From the sequence record KX377933: a stretch of 64,000 bases of DNA; one strand, written 5' to 3'. Under the pieces are notes generated by a model. It had not been told where the DNA came from, did not search any database, and saw nothing but the letters and a program-made list of their open reading frames with translations. Origin of the DNA: Escherichia phage vB_EcoM_Alf5. Position numbers and translations under genes: made by a program. Every line of letters starts with the position of its first letter. Positions within the stretch are counted from its first letter, which is position 1. Of the stretch, positions 1 to 9,592 are shown piece by piece.

Positions 1-2367
1 ATGCGCATGGTAAACGACCACGCAGAAGTGATTAAGAGTTCAACTTCTTTGGAGACATCTCAAGCACAGATTACAATGACACCTGAAATGTTCAGCCTTT
101 TGAGTTCCGGTGTATACACATTTAAAGAAAGGGCAGTGATTCGTGAACTGTCGTGTAATGCAGTAGATGCTCAGAAAGAAGCTGGAAAAGAGAACATCCC
201 GTTCCATGTGCATTTACCTACTCGGTTTGAGCCTTACTTTGAAGTCCGTGACTTTGGAACTGGTTTAACCCATGACAAAGTAATGAGTTTGTATCTGAAC
301 TACGGAGCTTCTACGAAGAATGACTCTAATGACTACATTGGTGCAATGGGTATCGGCTCAAAGTCACCGTTTGCGATTGCTCAGTCATTCACAGTGTCTA
401 GCTATGTTGATGGTGTTGTTAATAAGTACTCTGTTTACCTTGAGAATGGTATCCCTCAAGTAACTAAGCTTACTACTAACCAAACAAATGAACCTAATGG
501 TTTAGCTGTACGTGTGGCAGTTGCTGACCACCGTATTTCAAAGTTCTTTGAAGAGGCTGGTCACGTATACTCATACTTTGCTGTAAAACCAGAAAGTAAC
601 ATTGTGTATGATGACGTGTTAGCAGATATGAACGTCATTGCCCGTGAAGAAGGTGTTTATGATGCTATGATTCATAAGCAAAGCTGGCGTTCTAGTGGCA
701 ACAGGACAGATTTTAATGTGGTAATGGGTAATATTGCCTACCCAGTTAATATGGAAGCATTACTTGGTGATGATTTCTTCAAAGTCTTGCCAGAATTTTT
801 CCGTAGGAGCGTAGACCTTGTAAACATCTACATGCCTATTGGTTCAGTGGCTATTGCAGCTTCTCGTGAAGCATTGCAGATGAATGATACGACAAAAAAT
901 GTCATCATTGAGGCTACCAAAAAGATAACTGAAGCAATTACAAGGTATGTTATTAAGGGGGTTAATAGCCAACCTACACTCATGGATGCTGCACAGGCTT
1001 ATGCAGAATTACGTTTGAACTCACGAGAAATGTTTAATGCTGTGTGTCCAAAGCTAGAGTGGGGAGGTGTTAAGCTTGATTCTCTGGAAGAAGAATTGCT
1101 AAACATTCGTCGTGGAATTATCTACGCAGAAGACGGCTCAGTCATCTATGAACGTGACGGCAAAGGCAATATTAAGGTTGACAGCAAAGGAAACAATATC
1201 CCTAAAGTTGACTACCTATACAATCCAGTTGCTTATGTTAAGTTTAACTCTTTAGAGAGTAAGATTCGTGCAACAGCACTTTCCTACACTCAAGAAGCAA
1301 GCATGTTCAATATCTTTGGTGCAATGCGTAAAAGTCAAATTGAACAGTTTTTGTTTGTTATTAATGACCGTCGCAATAAAAATGGTACTGAGAAGACTGT
1401 AGGCCGCAATCAGATTCTGCGTGGTGCATGTCGAGACTACGCCAACGAGTCAAGTTTGTTCCACAGATACAATGGTATTGTGTTTGTATTCTCGACTGAA
1501 AAAGAGTTAGATGATTTAATCAATCTACACAAACTTGATAAAAGCTTGTTAAAGATTGTGAAAATGTCTGATAAGGAGCACCATTACCAGCGCAAAGAAG
1601 CTGTAAGGGGTGTTGTAAAACTCTGGAAAGCTGTTCCAGCAGAAGGTGTAGCTTCCTATAAAGAGGTTTCAGAGGACTTAGACACAATTGAAGAACCTCG
1701 GCTTTACATTAAGGCAATTGGTGACACAGTTGATGGTGAATGTTTTTGCTCATCCCCAGAAGATGTAGCTAAGTCAGTTGCTAATGTTATTGGAAAGACA
1801 GTCTATGTTTTCCGAAAAGCAAATTGGAAAAAGATACCAGAAGACTGGATTGAAGTAGATGAGAAGCTCTTGAACGACAGCTTAACTGATGTTCATTGGA
1901 TTAATCATAACAGGTATATGACACGCATCTACATGAATGGTGTTCTTGACCTTACAAGTAGCTGGATTATTACCAGAAACTTTACGTTCAATAACAGGAA
2001 GATTTCTCGTGGCTATTGCTATTCACGAGACACAAACAAAACTATCTTCTTAGAAGGTAATGAAGATGCTGTTGAGGCAATGTTTGGTAAAATCCAATAC
2101 GTTGCTGCACCGTTTGCATACACTTACACTATCAGTGTTCTTCAGGATTTGAAGTCATGCCTTGACAATGATACAAAACTGTACAAAAAGATTAAGAAAG
2201 CGGGTGACCGCATGGTTATCAAACTGACAAACTATCTTTCAAAAAGAAAACAAGAAAACTTCTTGCTTTCTCATTTAGATTGGAATAAAGTGTCACCCAT
2301 CGAAGTGAGTAAGTTCTTAGGTTTTGATGTGAAGTGTGTTCCAGAAGGAACTACAATTTACGATTAA
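1..2367 (+). CDS. rIIA: rIIA-like protein with N-terminal GHKL-type ATPase fold
   Basis: 788-aa ORF; ELSCNAVDA, DFGTGL and GAMGIGSKS motifs resemble GHKL N/G1/G2 boxes; immediately followed by rIIB-like gene. Confidence 0.75.
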   Translation: MRMVNDHAEVIKSSTSLETSQAQITMTPEMFSLLSSGVYTFKERAVIRELSCNAVDAQKEAGKENIPFHVHLPTRFEPYFEVRDFGTGLTHDKVMSLYLNYGASTKNDSNDYIGAMGIGSKSPFAIAQSFTVSSYVDGVVNKYSVYLENGIPQVTKLTTNQTNEPNGLAVRVAVADHRISKFFEEAGHVYSYFAVKPESNIVYDDVLADMNVIAREEGVYDAMIHKQSWRSSGNRTDFNVVMGNIAYPVNMEALLGDDFFKVLPEFFRRSVDLVNIYMPIGSVAIAASREALQMNDTTKNVIIEATKKITEAITRYVIKGVNSQPTLMDAAQAYAELRLNSREMFNAVCPKLEWGGVKLDSLEEELLNIRRGIIYAEDGSVIYERDGKGNIKVDSKGNNIPKVDYLYNPVAYVKFNSLESKIRATALSYTQEASMFNIFGAMRKSQIEQFLFVINDRRNKNGTEKTVGRNQILRGACRDYANESSLFHRYNGIVFVFSTEKELDDLINLHKLDKSLLKIVKMSDKEHHYQRKEAVRGVVKLWKAVPAEGVASYKEVSEDLDTIEEPRLYIKAIGDTVDGECFCSSPEDVAKSVANVIGKTVYVFRKANWKKIPEDWIEVDEKLLNDSLTDVHWINHNRYMTRIYMNGVLDLTSSWIITRNFTFNNRKISRGYCYSRDTNKTIFLEGNEDAVEAMFGKIQYVAAPFAYTYTISVLQDLKSCLDNDTKLYKKIKKAGDRMVIKLTNYLSKRKQENFLLSHLDWNKVSPIEVSKFLGFDVKCVPEGTTIYD

Positions 2368-2446
2368 AGTGTTTGACAAGGGGCTTCGAAGCCCCTTAGA
2401 ATAGCCTTACAAAATGATTTATTAACTAACAAGAGAGAGTAATAAG

Positions 2447-3556
2447 ATGACTACTAAAACTAAAGCACAGATTGACGCAGAAATTTACGAACTGGTTAAA
2501 GAAGGTAAGCTGACTAAAACAGCTATTGCACAGAAGTTCAATACTTCAACCCGTTCAGTTGGTCGTGCTGTAGAGCGTCATGAAGCAACCTTAAAAGGTA
2601 AGAAAAAGGTAGCTTCTAAACCAGCTACGAAGACTTTGAAGCAAGTTGCTAAATCAGTTAAAAAGAAAGCTGACAAACCAGTTGAAAAGGTTGTTAAAGA
2701 GCCTGTACAGAAAGCTCCGGTAAATAAACTGCATGAAGCTATGCAGAATGGCAACCAGATTGAGTACATGATTACTGGCGACTCTGTTATCATGACTTTC
2801 GGTGCAGATTCTGAAATCGTTGAATCTACCCATCCGAACTACAAAGAAATCGTGATGGCTGTTGTATCAGGTGAGTATAAGAAAGCTTTCGAACTGATGA
2901 ACATTCGTAAGTCTATCGAAAACTTCACTCAGGGTGCTATCACCATCAAAGGTGACAAGTTATTCTACGGTGCTGTTGAGATGCGTTCTACTCTGGTTGA
3001 CCGTATTCTTCACATGATGAAGACTGGAGATAAGGGTTTTGAACGCCTTGTGATGTTCTTCGAAAAACTGATGGAAAACCCATCTAAAGATTCTGTAGAA
3101 CAACTTTGGGGATTCGTATCTCACCTTGATGTTGAAATTGATGAAGAAGGCTACATCATTGGTTGGAAGAAAGTCTCTACTCATGAAGGCAAGCTGGTTG
3201 ACTCCCACACCTACAGAGTACCTAATGATTTGGGTAACATTGTAGAAATGCCACGTTGGATGGTTGATAATAACCGTAACGTGACTTGCTCTCAGGGTCT
3301 TCACGTTGGTGCTTGGGATTATGTTCGTTGCTTCTCAGGTGATACAATCCTGAAGGTTCGTGTCCATCCACGAGATGTTGTATCTGTTCCAACTGATTAC
3401 AACGATATGAAGATGCGTTCGTCTCGTTATGAAGTTGCAGCAATCGTTGATAATCAACGTAAAGTGCTGAAAGAATGGGATGGCAAGACTGAAGCTTTGC
3501 ATGTCATCGTTGGCACTGCTGGTGAACTAATCTCCCAACGTAAACGTGAAATCTAA
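2447..3556 (+). CDS. rIIB: rIIB-like protein
   Basis: 369-aa ORF; C-terminal VHPRDVVSVPTDYNDMKMR and TCSQGLHVG segments match the rIIB pattern as I recall it; adjacent to rIIA. Confidence 0.7.
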   Translation: MTTKTKAQIDAEIYELVKEGKLTKTAIAQKFNTSTRSVGRAVERHEATLKGKKKVASKPATKTLKQVAKSVKKKADKPVEKVVKEPVQKAPVNKLHEAMQNGNQIEYMITGDSVIMTFGADSEIVESTHPNYKEIVMAVVSGEYKKAFELMNIRKSIENFTQGAITIKGDKLFYGAVEMRSTLVDRILHMMKTGDKGFERLVMFFEKLMENPSKDSVEQLWGFVSHLDVEIDEEGYIIGWKKVSTHEGKLVDSHTYRVPNDLGNIVEMPRWMVDNNRNVTCSQGLHVGAWDYVRCFSGDTILKVRVHPRDVVSVPTDYNDMKMRSSRYEVAAIVDNQRKVLKEWDGKTEALHVIVGTAGELISQRKREI

Positions 3557-3573
3557 TAAGTAATTTCTTAAAA

Positions 3574-3597
3574 GGCTGCTTCGGCGGCCTTTTTTAT
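3574..3597 (+). terminator. Rho-independent terminator after rIIB
   Basis: GGCTGC-TTCG-GCGGCC hairpin followed by TTTTTTATTT. Confidence 0.6.
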
Positions 3598-3656
3598 TTG
3601 TATTTTGTGCAGAGTGCTGTATAATTGTTGTCACGATAAACTAAACAGGAGAACCA

Positions 3657-4205
3657 ATGAAGAAATTGATTCTAGGTTTGTGCTTAATGTTTACAGCACA
3701 CTTATCTTATGCAGTTGACTGCCCAGAGCTATCAATTAGCCAAAAAGTAAACATGTTAAAAGCTTACCAGTATGGTGAGAATAACATGGGTAAAGGTTGG
3801 GGTATCACTCTAGCTGCTATAGCCTTACAAGAGTCAGAGTTAGGTCTGAAGGTAGAGAATAAAAAGACACATGATTATGGTATCTTCCAGAATCACTTGA
3901 AGACTGTTGTAAAGCGTAACAAAATCAGTCCTAATGTGGCTAAAAAGAAACTCTTAAAAGATTTTGACTATGCTGCAAAGGAAACACACAAAGAGCTTGA
4001 ATTTTGGACTAAGGTACACGGTCAACCAAAGTCAAAGAAGACTTTACAAAAAGTTTTAGCATCATATAATGCTGGGTATTCATACAAAATTCCTAAAGCT
4101 AAGAAATACTCTCAAGATGTCTATAACAATATGAAAGTCATCGCTCAATGTGAATTTGCAACAAACATTTCTAAGGTAAATCATGAAAAAATTAAGAAAG
4201 TTTGA
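3657..4205 (+). CDS. lytic transglycosylase (SLT domain) with signal peptide
   Basis: N-terminal hydrophobic signal; ES (ALQESELGL), GIFQ and AYNAG-like (ASYNAGYSY) motifs of family 1 transglycosylases. Confidence 0.55.
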   Translation: MKKLILGLCLMFTAHLSYAVDCPELSISQKVNMLKAYQYGENNMGKGWGITLAAIALQESELGLKVENKKTHDYGIFQNHLKTVVKRNKISPNVAKKKLLKDFDYAAKETHKELEFWTKVHGQPKSKKTLQKVLASYNAGYSYKIPKAKKYSQDVYNNMKVIAQCEFATNISKVNHEKIKKV

Positions 4206-4878
4206 TGAAGTATTGTGCCATGCTTATGACTTACATCCTCATGAGTTAGGTCTTGATTCCTGTGTATGGACTCCAGAACAGTGCAGGGATTTTGAAGACA
4301 CCGCAAGAGAAGTTGTATGTTCACTTGAAGAGTTCCACACATCAGAACCAATTGTGAACGTTGTGGACAAAGAGACTGGGCAATCCATAGGTGTAAAACG
4401 TGATAGTTTAGTCATAGTCAACAAAGACCTTGTAGAGAAAGGTAATCTTATCTTAGCAGATATTGATGGAGTTCTTACAAATTTTAATCACGAAGATTGT
4501 TCAACGGAATTGACTGATGGTTCATTTTCACAGTACACTAATCTTCTTGACTCTGTAAGAGCAAAACCAACGTATGTTTTCAATATCATTGATGCAATTG
4601 CTAATCATGCTGCCGTTGGACTCTTGACAGCGAGAGGCGAATCTCAGAGAATACCTACTGAGATGTTTTTAAGGCATAACACAGAGCATGATTATATGCT
4701 TTTTATGCGTGGTTTTGGAACTAACTCTATAAGTGCAGAAAGTTTGAAAGTGAGGATGATTCAGTCTTGCATTCTGCCTTACTTTAATATAGTATGTTTT
4801 ATAGAAGATACAGAGAAGAATGTGCAGAAGGTGAATAGAATCCTTCCACACATCAAAACCATGTTAGTTAAACATTGA
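4183..4878 (+). CDS. hypothetical protein, possible HAD-like hydrolase
   Basis: 231-aa ORF; LILADIDGVLT resembles HAD motif I but lies ~95 aa from N-terminus; weak. Confidence 0.4.
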   Translation: MKKLRKFDEVLCHAYDLHPHELGLDSCVWTPEQCRDFEDTAREVVCSLEEFHTSEPIVNVVDKETGQSIGVKRDSLVIVNKDLVEKGNLILADIDGVLTNFNHEDCSTELTDGSFSQYTNLLDSVRAKPTYVFNIIDAIANHAAVGLLTARGESQRIPTEMFLRHNTEHDYMLFMRGFGTNSISAESLKVRMIQSCILPYFNIVCFIEDTEKNVQKVNRILPHIKTMLVKH

Positions 4879-4888
4879 GAGAAAACTT

Positions 4889-5353
4889 ATGAACAATATC
4901 ATTACGGTAGCACTGGACGTTACGGCAAACAAATCTGAAGTAGTTCGTAACATTATCAAGAACAACTTTGAGGGTAAAATCTTTCGTGCTGTCAACGTAA
5001 AAGCAGACGGTAACATCAGAGAGTATCGTGCTCTTTTGAATGTTAAGAAACACGTCAAAGGTGCTGGTTCAACGACTGCACACAAAGAAAACCTGATGAC
5101 TATCTATGATATGGGTATGGCTTCAGAGTTAGGTGCTGAAGGTATCGTTAAAGAAGGTGCTCCGTATCGCTCTTTCAATCTGGAAACTGCTCTCATGCTT
5201 TCCTTTACAAGTGGTTCTAAAACAACTACTTATCTCTTTACTGATGCTGCAACGGTATCTGCTATCAAGGATAACGCTATCAAAGCTGGGGTAGCTGCTG
5301 CTGCAAAAGCTTCTTCGATGGCTGCAAATGTCCTTGCTAAAGTCCTCGGTTAA
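4889..5353 (+). CDS. hypothetical protein
   Basis: 154-aa ORF with RBS-like spacing, followed by terminator. Confidence 0.45.
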   Translation: MNNIITVALDVTANKSEVVRNIIKNNFEGKIFRAVNVKADGNIREYRALLNVKKHVKGAGSTTAHKENLMTIYDMGMASELGAEGIVKEGAPYRSFNLETALMLSFTSGSKTTTYLFTDAATVSAIKDNAIKAGVAAAAKASSMAANVLAKVLG

Positions 5354-5365
5354 GGTTAAGATACA

Positions 5366-5390
5366 GGCTCCTTCGGGAGCCTTTTTCATT
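5366..5390 (+). terminator. Rho-independent terminator
   Basis: GGCTCC-TTCG-GGAGCC hairpin followed by TTTTTCATTTT. Confidence 0.6.
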
Positions 5391-5405
5391 TTAGGAGATT
5401 GTTAA

Positions 5406-5753
5406 ATGACATTTAAAGAGTTCTGTCAAGCTACTTTCATAATTGTTTTCTTAGTTGGGGCAGGTGTCTGGGGAGGATATTCTTACAGAGACTATCAAGT
5501 TGCTGAAACTGAGCTAAACAATCAAAAGCTCATAAGTGTTGCTAAAGATGCTTATCAGGAAGGATTAGTCACACTGAGCACTAATTACAAAAATGATTTG
5601 AAAGATGTGCTTGCTAAGAATAAGCATACAAAAGAGGTGCTAACATATGAAAAAACTAAGCCAGAGTTTTATAATGTTTGTGTTACTGATAACTATGTCA
5701 GGGTGTTCAACGAACAAAGTGAACAGTACATTCAAAAACTCCCAAGTAAGTGA
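5406..5753 (+). CDS. i-spanin-like protein (N-terminal TM, periplasmic coiled region)
   Basis: 115-aa ORF with N-terminal hydrophobic helix FIIVFLVGAGVWGG; overlaps next ORF in another frame. Confidence 0.4.
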   Translation: MTFKEFCQATFIIVFLVGAGVWGGYSYRDYQVAETELNNQKLISVAKDAYQEGLVTLSTNYKNDLKDVLAKNKHTKEVLTYEKTKPEFYNVCVTDNYVRVFNEQSEQYIQKLPSK

Positions 5754-5916
5754 GAGTGATAAGTACACTCAAGAAGAATCACGGTATATTATCAAAGGTA
5801 ACACTGGCAGTGACGTAGCAGCAGCCCTTGAGTTCTATCGTGATGGCTTTTACCAGTGTACAATCAAAGCTAATAACCTTATTGATATGATTTTATTAGG
5901 GAATAAGCAGCAATGA
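5647..5916 (+). CDS. o-spanin-like lipoprotein (overlapped with i-spanin)
   Basis: 89-aa ORF; signal peptide with lipobox-like LITMSGC; starts inside the preceding ORF in a different frame. Confidence 0.4.
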   Translation: MKKLSQSFIMFVLLITMSGCSTNKVNSTFKNSQVSESDKYTQEESRYIIKGNTGSDVAAALEFYRDGFYQCTIKANNLIDMILLGNKQQ

Positions 5917-6182
5917 CAGAGAATGAAGATACTTTTTACGTAGAAGGTTACTTACTGTTACCACGACCAAAAGAAACTTATATGCGAATTGATTTCTTAC
6001 CAACCATTATGGATAATGTGATGTGCCATATCTTTATGCAAGGTGTCACATCACAACTTAAGCATGTTGGCAAAGAGTGCAAAATAAAGGTTGACACTCA
6101 TCCAGAAATCAAAGAAAATCACTACACATGGTTCTTACCAGACTCTAAAGAAATCTTAGCAGTTCTTAAAACGAGGAAGTAA
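5913..6182 (+). CDS. hypothetical protein
   Basis: 89-aa ORF, start overlaps stop of upstream gene (ATGA). Confidence 0.4.
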   Translation: MTENEDTFYVEGYLLLPRPKETYMRIDFLPTIMDNVMCHIFMQGVTSQLKHVGKECKIKVDTHPEIKENHYTWFLPDSKEILAVLKTRK

Positions 6183-6184
6183 CT

Positions 6185-6508
6185 ATGCAGATTAATGGAA
6201 GAGACTTTGTAGCCGTTTACTACGAGAAGGGTAAAGAGGTTGGTGTAGCACAAGTAACTTATGGTAATGGTAAGTGGTTATACGGAACAATAGCAGTAGT
6301 CGGAACAAGAAGTGATACAAAAACTTTTAAAGATTGTGTTGACCTTCTTGAAGAATCCATCCAGAATCATTGGTGTCTGATATGGATGACTGACGACGAA
6401 GTGAAGGAGCGTTTCAAAAAGATTGATATCAACATTGACAGTATTGAGCATGTTGATTTGTATGAACTAACCGAAAAGGTAAGCTATGAAAGCTCTAGAG
6501 GTAATTGA
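6185..6508 (+). CDS. hypothetical protein
   Basis: 107-aa ORF tightly packed in operon. Confidence 0.4.
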   Translation: MQINGRDFVAVYYEKGKEVGVAQVTYGNGKWLYGTIAVVGTRSDTKTFKDCVDLLEESIQNHWCLIWMTDDEVKERFKKIDINIDSIEHVDLYELTEKVSYESSRGN

Positions 6509-6713
6509 CAAAGATACTGGAGAAGTTACATCAGCATGTGTTTTCGTGAGCGATGACACAGTGATACCATTTTACAATCTTGATGGTTTTAGTTTTACAG
6601 GGATAACTCCAGAGGAATACTTTGAAGACCTCACCTTTGCCAGAATCTCTATAGACACATTCTATAAATGCTTCTATGATGAAGGTAAAGAATTACGAGA
6701 AACCGAACTATAA
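6486..6713 (+). CDS. hypothetical protein
   Basis: 75-aa ORF overlapping upstream stop. Confidence 0.35.
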   Translation: MKALEVIDKDTGEVTSACVFVSDDTVIPFYNLDGFSFTGITPEEYFEDLTFARISIDTFYKCFYDEGKELRETEL

Positions 6714-6724
6714 GGTGTATATTT

Positions 6725-6925
6725 ATGGCTGACTTCTGCAAAGACTGTGCTATCGAAATGTTCGGGCGTGATACAGGTGACTTAAAATGCCTTATCACTG
6801 AAGATGACTTCAAAGCTGGCTATGCAATGCCAGTAATCTGTGAAGGTTGTGGATGTATCTGGGTAGACCATGAAGGACAACGTGTAAAACCTTCAGAAGA
6901 TAAAGAATCTTGGGAGAGATGTTAA
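6725..6925 (+). CDS. Cys-rich zinc-ribbon protein
   Basis: 66 aa with CxxC...CxxCxC pattern (CKDC, CEGCGC). Confidence 0.4.
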   Translation: MADFCKDCAIEMFGRDTGDLKCLITEDDFKAGYAMPVICEGCGCIWVDHEGQRVKPSEDKESWERC

Positions 6926-7711
6926 ATGGGTATTGTAAAAATCATCAAAGGTGATATCTTTGACGCATTTGATAAAGGTAAATTTGATATCATTGGTCAT
7001 GGTTGCAACTGTATGAATTTCATGGGTGCAGGTATTGCAGCAACTATTTCTAAGCGTTATCCAAAAGTATATGATACTGATACAGAAGTTTACCTGTTTG
7101 CAGGTGGCATTCGCCACAAACCCTGTGAAAATTTACTAGGTAATTTTTCTGTAACACGTTTAAAGCAAGGTCGTATAGCTAACCTTTATACGCAACTTCA
7201 TACTGGTAAAGATGCCCGATACAGTGCTTTAGAGTCATCTTTGAAACAGCTTAACAGATACTGTGAAGTTAACCAGTTGAAGAAAGTTGGTCTACCTATG
7301 ATTGGTGCAGGTATCGGTGGACTCGACCCTCAAGCTGTCACAGTTATCATCAATCAGGTGATGAAGAGTGTAGATGTTTATCTTTATGTCTACGAAGCGG
7401 GAATGTACAATGAGTTACATTCAGGTTGGAAGAACTACTGTGAACCAGAATACTTTGCAGGCGTAGCTGTGTTCACAGACAATGCAGTTACCCTCTTCAG
7501 ACGAAGAAAAGGTAAGACACATCAAAGTAACCCTCCGGTTGAAAAGATGTCTCTGAGTAACGCTCTAGTTACCCACCTGTCGAAGAACAATCACAGGATT
7601 GCAGTGACATTTGGCAGTGATGCGGATACTTATATCTATGCAAGAACTGATGAGGATATCGAGTTAATCTTCTCTTCACCAGAGCTTACCTTCTTAGACG
7701 CAAAGAACTAA
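6926..7711 (+). CDS. macro-domain protein (TARG1/Poa1p-like ADP-ribose hydrolase fold) with C-terminal extension
   Basis: GDIFDAF...IIGHGCNCMNFMGAGIAATI and GLPMIGAGIGGLD match macro-domain signature segments. Confidence 0.6.
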   Translation: MGIVKIIKGDIFDAFDKGKFDIIGHGCNCMNFMGAGIAATISKRYPKVYDTDTEVYLFAGGIRHKPCENLLGNFSVTRLKQGRIANLYTQLHTGKDARYSALESSLKQLNRYCEVNQLKKVGLPMIGAGIGGLDPQAVTVIINQVMKSVDVYLYVYEAGMYNELHSGWKNYCEPEYFAGVAVFTDNAVTLFRRRKGKTHQSNPPVEKMSLSNALVTHLSKNNHRIAVTFGSDADTYIYARTDEDIELIFSSPELTFLDAKN

Positions 7712-7779
7712 GAAACTTCGTAGCATATTCACAATAGACTAAGCCTTTCTTATCTGGTAAATTTTTTCAGGTAAGGAGG

Positions 7780-7975
7780 GCTTTTTCATTTTAGAATTGT
7801 GCAGGTAGAGTTCTGTAGAGAAATCTGTAGAGAGGATTTTGAACTCCAAAGAGAAAATTCATTTTCAAACTGTGCAGGTAATCTCCAAAGAGCTTTTTCA
7901 TTTTCAAAACGTGCAGAGAAAAATCAGGTCGGGCAAGAAAAATCATTTGAGAATTGTGCAGGTAGGTGGGTGTAG
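7780..7975 (+). repeat. four direct copies of a ~24-bp motif TCATTTT-N6-TGTGCAGGTA
   Basis: ttcattttagaattgtgcaggtag, ttcattttcaaactgtgcaggtaat, ttcattttcaaaacgtgcagag, aatcatttgagaattgtgcaggtagg. Confidence 0.5.
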
Positions 7976-8143
7976 GTGGGGCTGTCGCCATTTCTCACAA
8001 GGCTACCACATCTGAAAATAAAAGTCAACATAAAAATTTGTAGCGGATTGAAAAATAATTCTTGATTGTAGTTCTGTTTTGTGGTAATCGCGCGCACACC
8101 CGTTTCATTACATTTTTGCCAAAAATATTTTTAAAAATTTTCA

Positions 8144-8172
8144 TTGACTCCTTGAACGGGTTTTTATAGTAT
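8144..8172 (+). promoter_or_regulatory. sigma70-like early promoter
   Basis: TTGACT, 17-bp spacer, TAGTAT; ~50 bp upstream of first cassette gene. Confidence 0.5.
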
Positions 8173-8225
8173 TTGCATCAGACAGGGCGACAAGCCCGAC
8201 AGCCTTAAACTAGGAGAACTTAAAA

Positions 8226-8432
8226 ATGCTATACGGTCGTGAATTGATGGTTACAACTAACGTTAACACAAAGGTAAAACGTTTTTACATGCAAATCTGT
8301 GGCGTATGGTCTAGAATATCAGAAGCTGACTATTGCAACTATGTAGAAACGGCAATCAACTCTGATTGCTACCTTACAAGAAATACAAGAAAGCACATAA
8401 GACAGATAGCAGTTTATTACTACGATATCTAA
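8226..8432 (+). CDS. hypothetical early protein
   Basis: 68-aa ORF preceded by conserved leader ccttaaactaggaga...aaaATG. Confidence 0.4.
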   Translation: MLYGRELMVTTNVNTKVKRFYMQICGVWSRISEADYCNYVETAINSDCYLTRNTRKHIRQIAVYYYDI

Positions 8433-8519
8433 TAAAGTACTTTACAGGGGGCTTAAAAGTTGATATCTTAAGCCCCAGATAAAGAGCTTTACCACTAAAT
8501 CCTAAATTGGAGAATCAAA

Positions 8520-8816
8520 ATGAAGTTATCGAATAAAGTTCGTGAAAATTTGAGCAAGTTACTTAATAAAATTGATTTCATTGAAACATCAAGAAATAGC
8601 CACGATGTTATGGAATGGCTACACGGAAAAATTAAAGGCCGTCGTGTAGTGATTTGCTTATGGAATAGTTGCAGGGAGTATAAAAACCCTGTATTGCAAG
8701 TCAATATTTACGATGATACTTCTAAAAGTCCAGTAAAGTCTAAAAGTGACTTATTAGAATCCTATGAGATAACTGTAAGCGGCAAAGTATCACGTAAAGA
8801 GGAAACACCATGTTAA
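8520..8816 (+). CDS. hypothetical early protein
   Basis: 98-aa ORF preceded by type-A hairpin-leader module. Confidence 0.4.
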   Translation: MKLSNKVRENLSKLLNKIDFIETSRNSHDVMEWLHGKIKGRRVVICLWNSCREYKNPVLQVNIYDDTSKSPVKSKSDLLESYEITVSGKVSRKEETPC

Positions 8817-9142
8817 TGACTGGCATCACTGCAATCATTGCCATTTTCGCGCTCTATAAGGCATATAAAGCCTATAATTTAGCAGATAAGGCAATCACAC
8901 AACAAGTCAGTAATGGACTTGTGAGGGGCTTTCTGGAGCGTTTAAGCGATGAGCAAATAAAGCGGTTAGAGATGAGCTTCAGATATAAAGCAAAAACCCA
9001 CCAGATAAGTGACATCTTTAAAGATGATTTTCAGTTAGTCGATGATTATAATTCTCTGATAAATGCTTTAAATATCAGTGACTTAAAAGACTACTACGCT
9101 GTAATTGTTCAAGAACTGAGCAAACGAAAAAATTTATCTTGA
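8810..9142 (+). CDS. hypothetical membrane protein
   Basis: 110-aa ORF, N-terminal hydrophobic helix, start overlaps upstream stop. Confidence 0.4.
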   Translation: MLMTGITAIIAIFALYKAYKAYNLADKAITQQVSNGLVRGFLERLSDEQIKRLEMSFRYKAKTHQISDIFKDDFQLVDDYNSLINALNISDLKDYYAVIVQELSKRKNLS

Positions 9143-9232
9143 TTTTGATTTTAAAAACAAGTAAATTACTAATCAACGGGGAGGGAATGACCTTCCCCAC
9201 TACATAAAGCCCTTAAACTAGGAGATTCTAAA

Positions 9233-9505
9233 ATGTATACTACTAACAACGGTCGCACCTTAAACGTAACCCTGCGCCACTATGTGAACGGCGTAATGCA
9301 CTTCGAGGATTTACAAGCTGAACAACATATTCTTGATTGGCAACTTGCAGGACTGCAAAAAACTGCTACAGGATACGGGAAAAAGATTCCAACCAGTTGG
9401 AAAGTATACTACGAAGGCCGTTTGCGTAGAATTTATCAAGATGTGCAAAGTAATAGCGCATCAAGTTACATCATAGTAAAAGGTAAAAAACTGCATTTAG
9501 TATAA
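9233..9505 (+). CDS. hypothetical early protein
   Basis: 90-aa ORF preceded by type-B hairpin (GGGGAGGG...CCCC) and leader with AGGAG RBS. Confidence 0.4.
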   Translation: MYTTNNGRTLNVTLRHYVNGVMHFEDLQAEQHILDWQLAGLQKTATGYGKKIPTSWKVYYEGRLRRIYQDVQSNSASSYIIVKGKKLHLV

Positions 9506-9592
9506 AAAGTACTTTACAGGGGGCTTATAGTTCGATAAAGTAAGCCCCAGATAAAGAGCTTTACCACTAAATCCTAAATTGGAGATTCAAAA

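Noticed and set aside
2578-3443. Minus-strand ORFs 2578-2793, 2960-3304 and 3222-3443
   Set aside because: They lie antisense inside the rIIB coding region and lack motifs or start context; treated as spurious.
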